A stretch of DNA of 64,000 nucleotides from assembly GCA_963706575.1 (NCBI GenBank), contig CAVPNL010000013.1:44513-108512 (forward strand), read 5' to 3'. The notes under the pieces were generated by a model. It was not told where the DNA came from and ran no database searches. It saw nothing but the letters and a program-made list of their open reading frames with translations. The stretch's first letter is position 1, and each line of letters begins with the position of its first letter. Position numbers and translations under genes: made by a program. Shown in pieces: positions 30,511 through 41,537 of the stretch. The DNA is from an uncultured delta proteobacterium (GTDB taxonomy: Bacteria; Desulfobacterota; Desulfobacteria; Desulfobacterales; JAHEIW01).

Positions 30511-32667
30511 ATGCCCGCTCAGATCTGCCCGGTTCACCAGACCGTCACAACGCTCGGTGAAATGATCAACGCCGGCCGGTTGAAAACCCCCCGCAATCGT
30601 TGGACAGTAGAAGAAATACGAACACTTTTCAATGATATTGCCTGGGGCAATGCCGGCGCCGAGCATCTACCGGCGGTAGAGGCCAAATTGCAGCAATTAA
30701 AATCAGAGTGCGCCGATGACGCCTGTCGTGAAGTTGCCGATTTTATCGAATCAGCGGTTTCCCAAAATCGGGAAGTTTTCACCAGTCATATCGATACCCA
30801 CAACTGCCCCACGGGCGAATGTGTGAAACTCGCACCGGCGCCCTGCCAGATGACCTGTCCCGCCGGGCTGGATATCCCCACCTATGTCACCCTGATTGGC
30901 TTGGGCCGAGATGCCGAAGCCATCGATGTCATTCGCAAAGATTGCCCTTTCCCCTGGGTCTGCGGGCTGGTTTGTACCCGCCCCTGTGAGTTTATGTGTG
31001 TGCGAGGCCGCATCGACACGTCGATCGCCATTAAAAACCTCAAAGGCTTCGCGGCCGAGCGGGCCATGTCGGAAGGCAGTTATCGGAATCCTTCAAGGGA
31101 GCCCGCCAAAAACAAAAAGGTGGGGGTGATCGGCGCCGGGCCCGCAGGGCTGAGCGCTGCCTATTATCTGGCACTGAAAGGTTATGGTGTCCGCGTTATC
31201 GAACAGCACCCGGTGGCCGGGGGTATGCTGTTGCTGGGCATTCCCCGCTATCGGTTGCCGCGCGAAATCATCGACCGTGAAGTCGAAATGCTGCGAAACC
31301 TGGGGGTCGAATTCAGCTTTGACACACGTTTTGGAACCGACATCACATTTGATCAATTAAAAGCGGAAGGCTTTGCAGCCTTTTTCTTTGCAATCGGCGC
31401 GCATCTGTCATTTCAATTGAACATTCCCGGTGAGAAGGATTTTTCACAGGTGATTGAGGCGGTCGATTTTTTACGGCAGGTGGCCCTGGGCGATCGCCAC
31501 CCCCCCGGAAAAAAAGTCATCGTTATCGGCGGCGGCAATGTGGCCATTGATGCTGCCCGGACCTGTTTGCGCCTGGGCTGCGAATCCGTAGTCCTGGCGT
31601 ACCGGCGAACAAGGGCGGAAATGCCGGCCGACATAGAGGAGATTGAGCAGGCGGAAGAAGAAGGTGCCCGATTCGAATTTTTAAACATTCCTTTAGAGAT
31701 TGTTGGCAGCCAGGGCCGGCTTGAAGGTCTCAAATGCCTGCGGGCCAAATTGGTGAGCATCGAGGGACAGGACCGTAAATTTCCAAAAGCCATCGATGGC
31801 AGTGATTTTGTCATCAAAGCCGATGCGGTGATTCCGGCCATCGGCCAGCAGGTGGATGCCGCCAGTCTGGAATCTGTGGCCGGACTGGATTGGACCCGTC
31901 GCAAAACCATTCAGATCAATACGGTCACCACCGAAACCGGCGTAGCGGGTATTTTTGCAGCCGGTGACGCCGCTACCGGACCGGCCACGGTCATCGAAGC
32001 CATCGGCGGCGGCAAGCGGGCGGCAGAATCCATACACCGCTATCTGTCCGGAATACCCCAGCCAAAAATGCCGCCGGTCCCCAGCCGCCGGGGACGAATC
32101 GAATGGTTGAAGGTGCCCGCTACCACAAAAATGACCCTGAAGCGACCCGATATGCCATTGCTCAATATCGACCGGCGACGGACGACGTTTCAGCAGGTCG
32201 AGTTGGGCTACTCGGAAAACATGGCACGGGAGGAAGCACGCCGCTGTTTGCGTTGTGATATCTGTCTGCGCTGCGGGAAATGTGTCGAGATCTGCCGCGA
32301 TAAAATGGGGGTGGATGCGCTGCAAATGGGTTATTTTGACTTTGACCATCCGGTCGCAACAGATTATAGAGTCACCGAAGAACGCTGTATTCTGTGTGGT
32401 GCCTGTGCCACCAATTGTCCCACCGGTGCCATGAAAATGGAAGATAGAGATGATGAACGGGTATTGTCGCTTTGCGGCACGATCCTCAATCGCCAAAAAC
32501 TGCTGCACTGTGAGATGTGCGGAACCGTTTTGGGACCGGCACGCTATCTTGATTTTGTTAAAAGCCGCACCCGGGCAGTGGCCCGGGTAGCTGACGATCG
32601 CAATTTGTGCGAAATATGTGCCAGGCGGTCAACCGCCAAATCCAGCGCCGATGATGCACCGGTCTGA
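30511..32667 (+). CDS. GltD/NfnB-like FAD/NAD(P)H oxidoreductase with extra Fe-S domains
   Basis: PCQMTCPAGLDIP, CGLVCTRPCEFMC, GAGPAG, GGGNVAID, YRR, EARRCLRC, C-terminal ferredoxin motifs. Confidence 0.9.
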   Translation: MPAQICPVHQTVTTLGEMINAGRLKTPRNRWTVEEIRTLFNDIAWGNAGAEHLPAVEAKLQQLKSECADDACREVADFIESAVSQNREVFTSHIDTHNCPTGECVKLAPAPCQMTCPAGLDIPTYVTLIGLGRDAEAIDVIRKDCPFPWVCGLVCTRPCEFMCVRGRIDTSIAIKNLKGFAAERAMSEGSYRNPSREPAKNKKVGVIGAGPAGLSAAYYLALKGYGVRVIEQHPVAGGMLLLGIPRYRLPREIIDREVEMLRNLGVEFSFDTRFGTDITFDQLKAEGFAAFFFAIGAHLSFQLNIPGEKDFSQVIEAVDFLRQVALGDRHPPGKKVIVIGGGNVAIDAARTCLRLGCESVVLAYRRTRAEMPADIEEIEQAEEEGARFEFLNIPLEIVGSQGRLEGLKCLRAKLVSIEGQDRKFPKAIDGSDFVIKADAVIPAIGQQVDAASLESVAGLDWTRRKTIQINTVTTETGVAGIFAAGDAATGPATVIEAIGGGKRAAESIHRYLSGIPQPKMPPVPSRRGRIEWLKVPATTKMTLKRPDMPLLNIDRRRTTFQQVELGYSENMAREEARRCLRCDICLRCGKCVEICRDKMGVDALQMGYFDFDHPVATDYRVTEERCILCGACATNCPTGAMKMEDRDDERVLSLCGTILNRQKLLHCEMCGTVLGPARYLDFVKSRTRAVARVADDRNLCEICARRSTAKSSADDAPV

Positions 32668-32705
32668 AACCGACAGAACAAATGGTAATGCATTAAAGCA
32701 TTAAA

Positions 32706-32939
32706 ATGAAAGTCAGGGTGAAACATATGGTTTTTCGTCGCGGTCAAAAAGTCGAAATCTTCAAACGCTCCACTGATGAGAGCTGGGAAAGCTACATGGA
32801 TGCATATGTGGGTCTGCACGGTATCATCACCGACCCGGACAGCACCATAAATGACCCGGATGCCCTCGTGGAAGTGAGTTTGGAGGGCAAGGGCACCCAC
32901 CGTTTTCCGCAGGATTGCATTCGGCTGCTGGAGGACTGA
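32706..32939 (+). CDS. Small hypothetical protein (SH3/KOW-like beta pattern); alternative start 32727
   Basis: Fills the gap in a co-oriented operon; FRRGQKVEI...VGLHGII...VEVSL...HRFPQDCIRL. Confidence 0.65.
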   Translation: MKVRVKHMVFRRGQKVEIFKRSTDESWESYMDAYVGLHGIITDPDSTINDPDALVEVSLEGKGTHRFPQDCIRLLED

Positions 32940-32987
32940 CAAAGGACTTTTGGCAAATACCCGATTGAATTTACAAGCACAAGGTCC

Positions 32988-33437
32988 ATGAAAGTACATG
33001 AATTGTTGCCTCTAAAATCTCGCCCGGTTTACACGCTTAGCAGTGATCAAACCGTCGATGATGCCATCAATCTAATGACGGCAAAAAAGGCAGGTGCCTT
33101 GATCGTCACCGAAGCCGATCATCCGGTGGGCATATTCGCGGAAAGGGATGTCTTCCGGGCTCACATTCGAGACAAAACCGCTGCGTTTACGGATATTAAG
33201 CTGAAAGATGCGATGAGTCCTAAATTGTTGATGGCCAAAATGGAAGACGAGGTCGGCAGCGTCATGTCCATGATGATTCAGGCCAATATCAAGCACATGC
33301 CGGTTATCGCAGAAAATCAAATCGTTGGCATGCTGACACTTCCGGATCTTATCGAACACCAGTTCGATATGCTCACGGAAGAGCTTCATCATCTTCGAGA
33401 ATACATTGAGGATCTGCATCATGCCGGGCGCGATTGA
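32988..33437 (+). CDS. CBS domain pair protein
   Basis: VGIFAERD, IKHMPV, VGML. Confidence 0.9.
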   Translation: MKVHELLPLKSRPVYTLSSDQTVDDAINLMTAKKAGALIVTEADHPVGIFAERDVFRAHIRDKTAAFTDIKLKDAMSPKLLMAKMEDEVGSVMSMMIQANIKHMPVIAENQIVGMLTLPDLIEHQFDMLTEELHHLREYIEDLHHAGRD

Positions 33438-33523
33438 CCGGTCGCCTCGCTTCTGCTGTGAACGCCGGTGGATACCCGCAACCCGCAGCTGCCTGCTGCC
33501 TTTTTTCGCATGAGGATCAAAAC

Positions 33524-34285
33524 ATGATCAAGATCATAATCGATGGACGCGAATATGAGGCTGAAAAGGACATAAGCGTCCTGGAAATCGCCAGAATCAA
33601 CCATATCCCCATTCCCACCCTGTGCTTCCATCCGTCCCTCAGACCCTCGGGATCCTGCAGATTATGCGCTGTGGAGGTGCCGGGAAGAGCGACGGGCCGG
33701 CAGATAACCATGTTATCCTGCATTCTGAAGGTAAAAGATGGCTTGGTCGTGAAGACTCAGGGGGAGGCGGTTCGGCGCGCCCGCAGCCGGGCGTTTCGAA
33801 ATCTGTTGAATATGGCGCCTCAGGCCAAACGCATTATCGATCTGGCAAAAGCCTACGATATTGACCCGGGTCCGCCGCCGGACGGTTGCGTGCGCTGCCG
33901 TCTGTGTATCCGGGTGTGTAAAGAAATTGTGGGGCCCGCTGCGCTGAAAATGGAAAAACGCGACGGGCTCAATTTTGTCGTCCCCGTCGAGGGCCGCTGC
34001 ATCGGCTGTATGACCTGTGCCAATATTTGCCCCACCGATGTGATCAGCGCGGTTGATTCCGAAAATGTCAGAACCATATCGATTCGGGATGAAATCATCG
34101 GTAAACATCCGCTGGAACGCTGTGAAGGCTGCGGCAAACTGTTCGCGACCCCGAAGTTTTTAGAACATATCCACAAGCGCACCGCCACTCACATCGACAC
34201 CAAATCTCACCATACATATTGCCCCACCTGCACCAAACTGTTTTCAGACCGCGTCGAGACGTTTAAAAAAAGACCCGGTAAATAA
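33524..34285 (+). CDS. NuoG/HndD-N-terminal-like 2Fe-2S + 4Fe-4S protein
   Basis: IPTLCFH, GSCRLCAVE, CVRCRLCIRVC, CIGCMTCANICP, CEGC...CPTC. Confidence 0.9.
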   Translation: MIKIIIDGREYEAEKDISVLEIARINHIPIPTLCFHPSLRPSGSCRLCAVEVPGRATGRQITMLSCILKVKDGLVVKTQGEAVRRARSRAFRNLLNMAPQAKRIIDLAKAYDIDPGPPPDGCVRCRLCIRVCKEIVGPAALKMEKRDGLNFVVPVEGRCIGCMTCANICPTDVISAVDSENVRTISIRDEIIGKHPLERCEGCGKLFATPKFLEHIHKRTATHIDTKSHHTYCPTCTKLFSDRVETFKKRPGK

Positions 34286-34287
34286 TC

Positions 34288-34437
34288 GAGGAGTCGGGGT
34301 GTTTTCCCGTCATGCCCGCGTAAGCGGTCATCCAGCCTTCGTCCCCGCGCATGCGGAGATCCAAAACAAAAAAACATTTCTGGATTCCCGCCTGCGCGGG
34401 AATGACAAGTCTTGAATAAAAAACACTCCGACCCATC
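34288..34437. repeat. Composite REP-like palindromic element (GTCATGCCCGCG...CGCGGGAATGAC core with outer inverted repeats)
   Basis: Closely similar copy at 54144-54291; partial copies at 46722-46770 and 57795-57821. Confidence 0.8.
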
Positions 34438-34578
34438 AAATAATCATCGGGTGAGAACATCTTTCAGTTTCAAACAGGCCCTTATCGCCGCAACCCTTTT
34501 CATCGGGCTTTGAATGGTTACATTGATCGTATTGACTCAATTTCCGAACTGCTGTTTCCAAGAAAGATAATTGTGAAG

Positions 34579-35937
34579 ATGAACCCGGCTGAAGCGAATT
34601 TGCAAATCGATAACAAAGAAAGCAATCAATACGCCATCCCGCATCCGACATTCGGGGAGGCGTTCAGATTCTGGGTAAAGCTCGGCTTTATCAGCTTTGG
34701 CGGACCGGCCGGACAGATCTCGATCATGCATCACGAACTGGTGGATCAAAAAAAGTGGGTCAGCAACGAACGTTTTCTCAATGCGTTGAACTATTGTATG
34801 CTGCTGCCCGGCCCCGAAGCCCAGCAACTGGCCACATACATCGGCTGGCTGCTGCACAGGCTCCCCGGCGGTATTATCGCCGGCGCATTTTTCGTTATTC
34901 CATCCATCTTTATCCTGTTCGCTCTAAGCTACACCTATGCCGCATTCGGCACGATTCCCTGGGTGGCCTCTGTGTTCAGCGGGTTGAAAGCGGCCATCAT
35001 GGCAATCGTCGTATCGGCGGTGATCAAGATCGGCAAAAAGGCCCTCAAGAACAGTGTCATGGTAGGCATTGCCGCCCTTTCGTTTATTGCGATTTTTTTT
35101 CTCAAGGTCCCATTTCCGCTGATCGTTCTGGGCGCCGGCCTCCTTGGTCTGGTCGGCCGTTATGCCATACCGGCAAAATTTGATGCCATCAAAGGCAAGG
35201 ATGCTCGCGATTTCGATTCAGGTTATGTGCAGATTTGCGAAGATACTGAGGTGTGTCACATCAATCCGTCCACCAAAAGAAATATTATTCTCATCGCCGT
35301 ATTTGTTCTGCTGTGGTTGGCGCCGGTGATGATGCTTTATGTCTTTCTGCCGCATCGTGTTTTTTACACCGAAGCGCTGTTTTTTACCAAGGCTGCTTTT
35401 TTAACTTTCGGGGGCGCCTATGCCGTTCTGGCTTACATCGCCCAGGCAGGGGTCGAACAGTATGCCTGGCTGACGGGCCCACAGATGATCGACGGTTTGG
35501 GACTGGCCGAAACCACTCCCGGCCCCCTGATTATGGTCGTTCAGTTTGTCGGTTTTATGGCCGGATGGAATCATCCTGCAGGCTGGAGCCCGGTTGTCGG
35601 GGGGGTGGTCGGTTCACTGGTCGCCACTTACTTTACCTTTCTGCCGTGCTTTCTGCTTATTTTTCTGGGTGGTCCATATATCGAAAAATTTCGTGACAAT
35701 GCCACCCTGTCCGCTGCCCTTTCCAGCATCACCGCCGCCGTGGTCGGTGTCGTTCTCAATCTGGCGGTTTGGTTCGGGCTCCAGGTGCTCATGCCTGCCG
35801 ATGCAGGCTTCAACTGGTTTGCCGCCGCCATCGGATTGGCTGCCTTTGCATCGATACAGTGGCTTAAGGTTGGCATGACGACGGTCATCGCAGCCGCGGG
35901 TATAATCGGATTCATCTGGTATCAGTTAATTTTTTAA
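34579..35937 (+). CDS. chrA: Long-chain chromate efflux transporter
   Basis: GFISFGGPAGQI, LLPGPEAQQLA, TFGGAYAVL, AETTPGP. Confidence 0.9.
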   Translation: MNPAEANLQIDNKESNQYAIPHPTFGEAFRFWVKLGFISFGGPAGQISIMHHELVDQKKWVSNERFLNALNYCMLLPGPEAQQLATYIGWLLHRLPGGIIAGAFFVIPSIFILFALSYTYAAFGTIPWVASVFSGLKAAIMAIVVSAVIKIGKKALKNSVMVGIAALSFIAIFFLKVPFPLIVLGAGLLGLVGRYAIPAKFDAIKGKDARDFDSGYVQICEDTEVCHINPSTKRNIILIAVFVLLWLAPVMMLYVFLPHRVFYTEALFFTKAAFLTFGGAYAVLAYIAQAGVEQYAWLTGPQMIDGLGLAETTPGPLIMVVQFVGFMAGWNHPAGWSPVVGGVVGSLVATYFTFLPCFLLIFLGGPYIEKFRDNATLSAALSSITAAVVGVVLNLAVWFGLQVLMPADAGFNWFAAAIGLAAFASIQWLKVGMTTVIAAAGIIGFIWYQLIF

Positions 35938-35959
35938 CCGTCGCTTCCAAATAGCCGCC

Positions 35960-36343
35960 TTACGCTTTTTCAACCCGGGCAGCAATGGATCCACCCATTT
36001 CTCCGAGTGCCATCCAGTCTCCTTGAACATTCCCAACGGTTAAAATGGGAACCGCCGCCTCGGGGGCATCACCGCTGCTGGCCGGCGTGGGGCCGAAAAA
36101 CAGGCAGAACCACTGGTTGGGTGCATGCCAGCCCAAATCACCAACATTCATGACCGTGCCCTTCTCACCGGGATGGTCCCCGAAATCCACCGTTGGCGGC
36201 CCGTAATACTCATCCCCCCAGCGACTGCCGCTCCATTCGAATGGCAGTGCGTCGGCCGCCGCTTTTCCGGCGGGCGTATCGTTAAACTCTCCTTTGAGCT
36301 CGAGATCACCGATTTTAACAATGATGGGTGTGGGCATTTGCAT
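35960..36343 (-). CDS. Cyclophilin-like (TM1367/DUF369-type) protein
   Basis: RWGDEYY, GDLGW...FCLFFGPTPAS. Confidence 0.85.
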   Translation of the reverse strand: MQMPTPIIVKIGDLELKGEFNDTPAGKAAADALPFEWSGSRWGDEYYGPPTVDFGDHPGEKGTVMNVGDLGWHAPNQWFCLFFGPTPASSGDAPEAAVPILTVGNVQGDWMALGEMGGSIAARVEKA

Positions 36344-36693
36344 GTTTCTCCTTTCTGCTCTGTAAGCAAATTCCTATAATATCCCTCGACTATTGTAAAG
36401 ATTGCGCAGATCTTGCCTTAATTCAAAATTCCCTCAAGAATATTTCGGGAATGCCGATATTTAGGGATGCAGGAGCAGTCACCTTTTAAGAAAGATCCCG
36501 CAGACAAGATATAAAACCAGGAGACCCCATATGAATCGTAGTTGTCGAAAAGGGCTCATCGCGGCCTTGACCATTCCGGACAGTTAAAGAAAAAGAAATC
36601 TAAAAAATGGGTCAAAGCAAAATAAAAAAGCCGTCACTAATATGGATTTGCCGAAGGCTATCCGTAACAGCAAAATTAATCAGGTGAAAAATA

Positions 36694-36936
36694 ATGGAAA
36701 CCATCGAAATAAAATCCGTCAAATCCTGGAAACGGGATGTTATCGAGTATTTTGAGGACCTAAAATTTATTTGCAGTGATTACAATCGCACGATTTTAAG
36801 ATATCTGGGCAAATTAAACCGCCTGCTGCATGAAGAACGCATTGACCAGTCCGAATATGATGACCTCAAAAAAAGCCTGCTGAAAGCCTCAGAAGCGATC
36901 AATGATGTCCCGCGGACCATCCTCGACATAAGGTAG
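36694..36936 (+). CDS. Hypothetical helical protein
   Basis: AGGTGA RBS-like sequence, plausible composition, no competing gene. Confidence 0.6.
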   Translation: METIEIKSVKSWKRDVIEYFEDLKFICSDYNRTILRYLGKLNRLLHEERIDQSEYDDLKKSLLKASEAINDVPRTILDIR

Positions 36937-37147
36937 GGTTCGGGATTCAGAGGTTCACTGTTCTGGGTTTTGGATATTACCGGATTTAACATACTGTTGC
37001 ATTAGTTGCATTAGTTTCATTTGTTTTATTGGTTAAATTTTGACCAATCGAACCAATGGAACCAATCAAACCAATTAAACAAAAAATAATTTGCCTGAAA
37101 CCTAAAATCCGAACCTTTAAATTTTTGAACCTTTGAACCCTGAACCT
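36936..37147. repeat. Nested tandem-repeat palindromes (GGTTCA/TGAACC outer arms, ATTGGTT/AACCAAT inner arms)
   Basis: Between convergent genes; the same arm types occur at 41538-41607, 46635-46653, 49063-49083 and 57598-57730. Confidence 0.7.
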
Positions 37148-37155
37148 GTTGCCAC

Positions 37156-38088
37156 TTAGATCTCTTTCCGAATCGGATACACCGGTGCTTCTTTGCGGGG
37201 TTTCAGATGCACAACCAGAATGCCCGCCACAATTAACGCCAGGGCAATCAGAATCTTCGAGGTAATCGGTTCCCCCAGCACCAGCCCACCCAGAGCGACC
37301 CCGGCGATCGGCATAATAAAAATAAATGAATGCAGGGCCACCGCCCCATATTTTTGAAGCAAGGTATTCCAGGCCACAAACCCGAAAGCTGCCGTCACCA
37401 GACTCTGATATAAAACTGCGCCGATAACCTGAAGATTGAGTTTATATATCATCGGTCTATCCCACAAAAGGGCTTCCACAAAAAAAATAGGGACCGCAAA
37501 AACCATGGAATAGAGGGTTATATGCACCGCGCTAAAGGCACTGATGATTCGTTTCAGGTAAATTACACTGCATGCCCAGATAACGGTGGCTGAAAGGATA
37601 ATGAGATCCCCTGCTCTGAAATCCGCCGTCACCCCTTTCTTTTCGGCGAACATGAAAGCCACCCCGCTGAAACCCAAAAGGATACCAAAAAATTTCCATC
37701 GGGTAATTCGATCACCGGGTATAAAAAAATGGGCGAGGAACAGAACCCAAAACGGAAGTAGATTGGCGATCAACGTACCGCGAGATGCATTGGATTTACT
37801 GAGTCCGAGATAGAACAGGGACAGCTGGACTACAAAAAGTGCCGCCAGGATCAGGAGCTGATAAAACTGGCCTTTTTTAAACGCCAGGGATTGCCCGGTG
37901 GCTCTGGCCCATATATAAATGGCAAGGGATGCAATACTGAACCGAATTGCCGCGGTCGTGAAAACACCCACGCCGCAAAAGGCCAATTTGATCGCCACCG
38001 CATTGGCACCAAATAAAATGCATAAAAATGCCGACAAAATGCCGGCAAGAAAAGAAAATTCCGGGTTATCGCTTTTCGGTTTGTTCAT
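37156..38088 (-). CDS. DMT/EamA family transporter
   Basis: About 10 TM helices in two EamA repeats; LGEPIT. Confidence 0.9.
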   Translation of the reverse strand: MNKPKSDNPEFSFLAGILSAFLCILFGANAVAIKLAFCGVGVFTTAAIRFSIASLAIYIWARATGQSLAFKKGQFYQLLILAALFVVQLSLFYLGLSKSNASRGTLIANLLPFWVLFLAHFFIPGDRITRWKFFGILLGFSGVAFMFAEKKGVTADFRAGDLIILSATVIWACSVIYLKRIISAFSAVHITLYSMVFAVPIFFVEALLWDRPMIYKLNLQVIGAVLYQSLVTAAFGFVAWNTLLQKYGAVALHSFIFIMPIAGVALGGLVLGEPITSKILIALALIVAGILVVHLKPRKEAPVYPIRKEI

Positions 38089-38096
38089 CGCAACAT

Positions 38097-39284
38097 TTAA
38101 ACCACGCCCGTCTGCTTTCCCACTTTTGTAAATGCCGTTATTGCCATATCGAGCTCTGCCGTAGTGAGGGCGGCTGAAATCTGAACCCGGATTCGGGCCT
38201 TGCCTTGGGGCACCACCGGATAGGAAAATGCAATCACATAAACACCTTCGGCCAGCATCGCTTCCGCCATCCGCACGGCCACTTTGGCATCACCCAGCAT
38301 AATCGGCACAATCGGATGATCTCCCGGATTGATCTTAAAACCAGCTTTGGTCATGCCATCTCGGAAATGGGCTGTGTTGCGCGCCAATCGGTCCCGCAAT
38401 TCGGTTGAGGCACTGAGGGTTTCAAGCACTTTGAAAACAGCGGCGGCAATGCCCGGAGCCAGTGTATTGGAAAAGAGGTAGGGACGCGAGCGCTGCCGCA
38501 GGATATCGACAATTTCCCGTCGCCCGCTGGTAAACCCGCCGGATGCGCCGCCCAGCGCTTTGCCGAAAGTGGAGGTAACAATATCCACCCGGTCCATGAC
38601 GCCGTGGTATTCGGGGGTGCCACGGCCGGTTTTTCCGATAAAGCCGGTCGAGTGCGAATCGTCTACCATCACCAGCGCCTCGTAGCGGTCTGCCAGGTCG
38701 CAGATGCCTTTCAAATCCGCCATGATGCCATCCATCGAAAAGGATCCATCGGTGGCAATCAATCGGAACCGGGCATCCTGCGCCTCTTTCAGCTTGGCCG
38801 CCAGATCCTTCATATCATTGTTTTTGTAACGAAACCGCCTGGCCTTGCAAAGGCGAATACCGTCGATGATGCTGGCATGATTGAGCTCATCAGAGATGAC
38901 GGCATCCTCAGAGCCCAAAAGGGTTTCAAAAAGGCCGGCATTGGCATCAAAGCAGGAAGAATAAAGAATCGTGTCCTCGGTACCGAGAAACTCGGACACC
39001 TTTTGTTCAAGCTGTTTGTGCAGTTGCTGGGTGCCGCAAATAAAGCGCACCGAAGAAAGACCATAACCCCATTGCTCCAGGCCCGCTTTGGACGCCTCCA
39101 CCAGTTCCTGGGTGCCGGCCAGGCCCAGATAATTATTGGCGCAAAGATTGATCACCTGGCGGCCATCGGCCAGCTGAACCCTGGCCCCCTGACGTCCGGC
39201 AATGACACGCTCGTCTTTAAAAAGGCCACTGTCGCGAATCTGCTCTATCTCTTTGATCAGATGATCTTTTATCTTACCGTACAT
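38097..39284 (-). CDS. kbl: Glycine C-acetyltransferase (2-amino-3-ketobutyrate CoA ligase)
   Basis: [46 protein letters not shown]. Confidence 0.95.
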   Translation of the reverse strand: MYGKIKDHLIKEIEQIRDSGLFKDERVIAGRQGARVQLADGRQVINLCANNYLGLAGTQELVEASKAGLEQWGYGLSSVRFICGTQQLHKQLEQKVSEFLGTEDTILYSSCFDANAGLFETLLGSEDAVISDELNHASIIDGIRLCKARRFRYKNNDMKDLAAKLKEAQDARFRLIATDGSFSMDGIMADLKGICDLADRYEALVMVDDSHSTGFIGKTGRGTPEYHGVMDRVDIVTSTFGKALGGASGGFTSGRREIVDILRQRSRPYLFSNTLAPGIAAAVFKVLETLSASTELRDRLARNTAHFRDGMTKAGFKINPGDHPIVPIMLGDAKVAVRMAEAMLAEGVYVIAFSYPVVPQGKARIRVQISAALTTAELDMAITAFTKVGKQTGVV

Positions 39285-39357
39285 GTTTTCTCCTCTTCAA
39301 CGCTCTAGCAAAACAAAAAGTTTATCATTTCAGATTACACTTAAGGGCTAATTGAGC

Positions 39358-39514
39358 GAGTGCCTAAAATGCCTAAATTGAACTAAAGTGACTAAAGTTG
39401 AAAAATTCTGTCCATTTAATATTATTGCTCACGCAAAGCCGCTAAGCCGCAAAGAAAGATAATTTAAATTTTAAAAAATCTTGGAATCTTTGCGTCTTTG
39501 CGCCTTTGCGTGAG
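39358..39514. repeat. CTAAA-type arm plus CGCAAAG-type palindrome
   Basis: tgcctaaaatgcctaaa...; ctcacgcaaagccgctaagccgcaaag (39428) / ctttgcgtctttgcgcctttgcgtgag (to 39514). Confidence 0.7.
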
Positions 39515-39538
39515 GCTTAAATCTCTCGCTCGTTTTTG

Positions 39539-40582
39539 TCAATCTTCAGTCCAATTAAGAATGACCTTGCCCGATTTACCGGATCGCATGATCTTAAAGG
39601 CTTTTTCATAGTCGGTATAATTAAACCGGTGGGTAATGACCGGGCTGATATCCAGACCGGTCTGGATCATGGCGGTCATTTTATACCAGGTTTCATACAT
39701 TTCACGGCCGTAGATCCCTTTAAGGGTGAGACCGTTAAAAATGACCAGATCCCAGTCAATGACCGTATCCGCAGGCAAGATCCCCAGCATGGCGATTTTG
39801 GCCCCATGACACATGTTGGTCAGCATCGAGCGCAGCGCATCCGGATTGCCCGACATCTCCAGACCCACGTCAAAGCCCTCCTTCATGCCCAGCTTTTTCT
39901 GGGCATCTTCAATCTTTTGCGTGCGTATGTCCAGCGTCAGGGTGGCGCCCATTTTTTTTGCGAGCTTTAAGCGATAGGGGATCACATCGGTGACCACCAC
40001 ATAACGGGCACCGGCATGTTTGGCAATCGCGGTGGCCATACAGCCAATGGGCCCGGCACCGGTGATAAGCACATCTTCGCCGAGCACATCAAACGAAACC
40101 GCAGTGTGGGTGGCGTTGCCCAGCGGGTCAAAACAGGTGATCATATCCAGCGGGATATGGGGATCGCAATACCAGATGTTGGTGACCGGGAGGCTTAAAT
40201 ACTCGGCAAAAGCGCCAGGTCGGTTAACCCCCACACCGCTGGTGCGCATGCACAGGTGGCGTCGGCCGGCCAGACAGTTTCGGCAGCGGCCGCAAACCAC
40301 GTGGCCTTCACCGGAAACCAGGTCGCCAGGCTTAAAATCATGGACATTGTCACCGATCTCGGCCACCCGCCCCACAAACTCATGGCCCACCGGCATCGGC
40401 ACCGGAATGGTTTTTCGAGCCCACTCGTTCCAGTTATAAATGTGCACATCCGTTCCGCAGATCGCGGTTTTGCGGATCTTTACAAGCACATCGTTGATAC
40501 CGATCTCCGGAACGGGCACTTCTTCCAACCAGAGCCCCGGTTCAGGCTTGGCCTTCACCAATGCTTTCATTTTAGCGGTCAT
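39539..40582 (-). CDS. tdh: L-threonine 3-dehydrogenase
   Basis: [36 protein letters not shown]; adjacent to kbl. Confidence 0.97.
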   Translation of the reverse strand: MTAKMKALVKAKPEPGLWLEEVPVPEIGINDVLVKIRKTAICGTDVHIYNWNEWARKTIPVPMPVGHEFVGRVAEIGDNVHDFKPGDLVSGEGHVVCGRCRNCLAGRRHLCMRTSGVGVNRPGAFAEYLSLPVTNIWYCDPHIPLDMITCFDPLGNATHTAVSFDVLGEDVLITGAGPIGCMATAIAKHAGARYVVVTDVIPYRLKLAKKMGATLTLDIRTQKIEDAQKKLGMKEGFDVGLEMSGNPDALRSMLTNMCHGAKIAMLGILPADTVIDWDLVIFNGLTLKGIYGREMYETWYKMTAMIQTGLDISPVITHRFNYTDYEKAFKIMRSGKSGKVILNWTED

Positions 40583-40894
40583 GCAAACCTCCGGGCTTTT
40601 GTGTCTGAGTGTAGCAACCGACGTTGCCGCTGCCGGTTGAATCCTTCAGCGGGTACGAAACGCCATTTCACAACCTTATTTCATACCATCTTCTGTGATG
40701 GGTCACAAATCAAATCTATTGATGATTTATTCATAATATATTAAAGATCAAACAATTTCCGATAGGAATGGTTTAAAGCCATGCGTTTCAGATTAGGCGC
40801 CACTTCAAGGCCAATCGCACAAAAAGGATTGGTTATTATTGATGATGCGAATTGAAACGCGGGCCACTGGATACGTAAATAATAAGGAGGTGTA

Positions 40895-41533
40895 ATGATG
40901 TCATTTAAGGCGCTTTGCCAGGCTGTAGAATCCGGCAACACTGCTGATGCTGAAGGTCTGACACGCAAATTTCTGGACGAGGGCAAAGATCCTCTGGAAA
41001 TGATTGCAGCACTCACAGAGACAATGAATAAGCTTGGCGAGCTGTTCGAGCGTCTGGAAATATTTCTTCCCCAATTGATACTGGCAGGGGAGGCCTTAAC
41101 AGCTTCAGTCGAAATTCTGCGCCCCAAGATAATGGCGGCAGGGGAACAGGGAGCCCCCAAGGGCAGGGTTGTCATCGGTGTTGTCAAGGGTGATCTACAT
41201 GCAATCGGAAAGAATATCGTGAAGTTGATGCTCGATACCAACGGATTCGAGGTAAAGGACCTGGGATACGATGTGGATTCACTCACCTTTATCAAAGAGG
41301 CCGAGGCCATGGGAGCAGATATCATCGGAGCGTCATCTCTGATGACCACCACCATGCCGGGGCAGAAGGAAATCATAGAACTCTTGAAAGAGAAGGGACT
41401 CAGAGACCGATACAAAGTGGTAATCGGTGGGGCGCCCACAGGTCAGGAGTGGGCGGACCAAATCGGCGCAGACTTGTGGTGCGAGGATGCCACCTCAGCG
41501 CCCAAGAAGATGGCCGAGCTTTTGGGCAAGTAA
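40895..41533 (+). CDS. Corrinoid (B12-binding) methyltransferase cognate protein, MtmC/MtbC-like
   Basis: GDLHAIGKNIV (DxHxxG), SSLMTTT, IGGA; B12-binding cap domain. Confidence 0.95.
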   Translation: MMSFKALCQAVESGNTADAEGLTRKFLDEGKDPLEMIAALTETMNKLGELFERLEIFLPQLILAGEALTASVEILRPKIMAAGEQGAPKGRVVIGVVKGDLHAIGKNIVKLMLDTNGFEVKDLGYDVDSLTFIKEAEAMGADIIGASSLMTTTMPGQKEIIELLKEKGLRDRYKVVIGGAPTGQEWADQIGADLWCEDATSAPKKMAELLGK

Positions 41534-41537
41534 GGCG

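Noticed and set aside
31693..32508. Long antisense ORFs (also 11331-12134, 38604-39308, 40741-41439, 43901-44668)
   Set aside because: Shadow ORFs opposite well-supported genes.
36530..36625. Tiny ORFs (MNRSCRK... or a Lys-rich TTG-start peptide)
   Set aside because: Too short and frame-ambiguous to support without homologs.
40694..40707. TGTGA-N4-TCACA palindrome as a CRP/Rex site
   Set aside because: The spacer is 4 nt rather than 6, so it cannot be assigned to those regulators.
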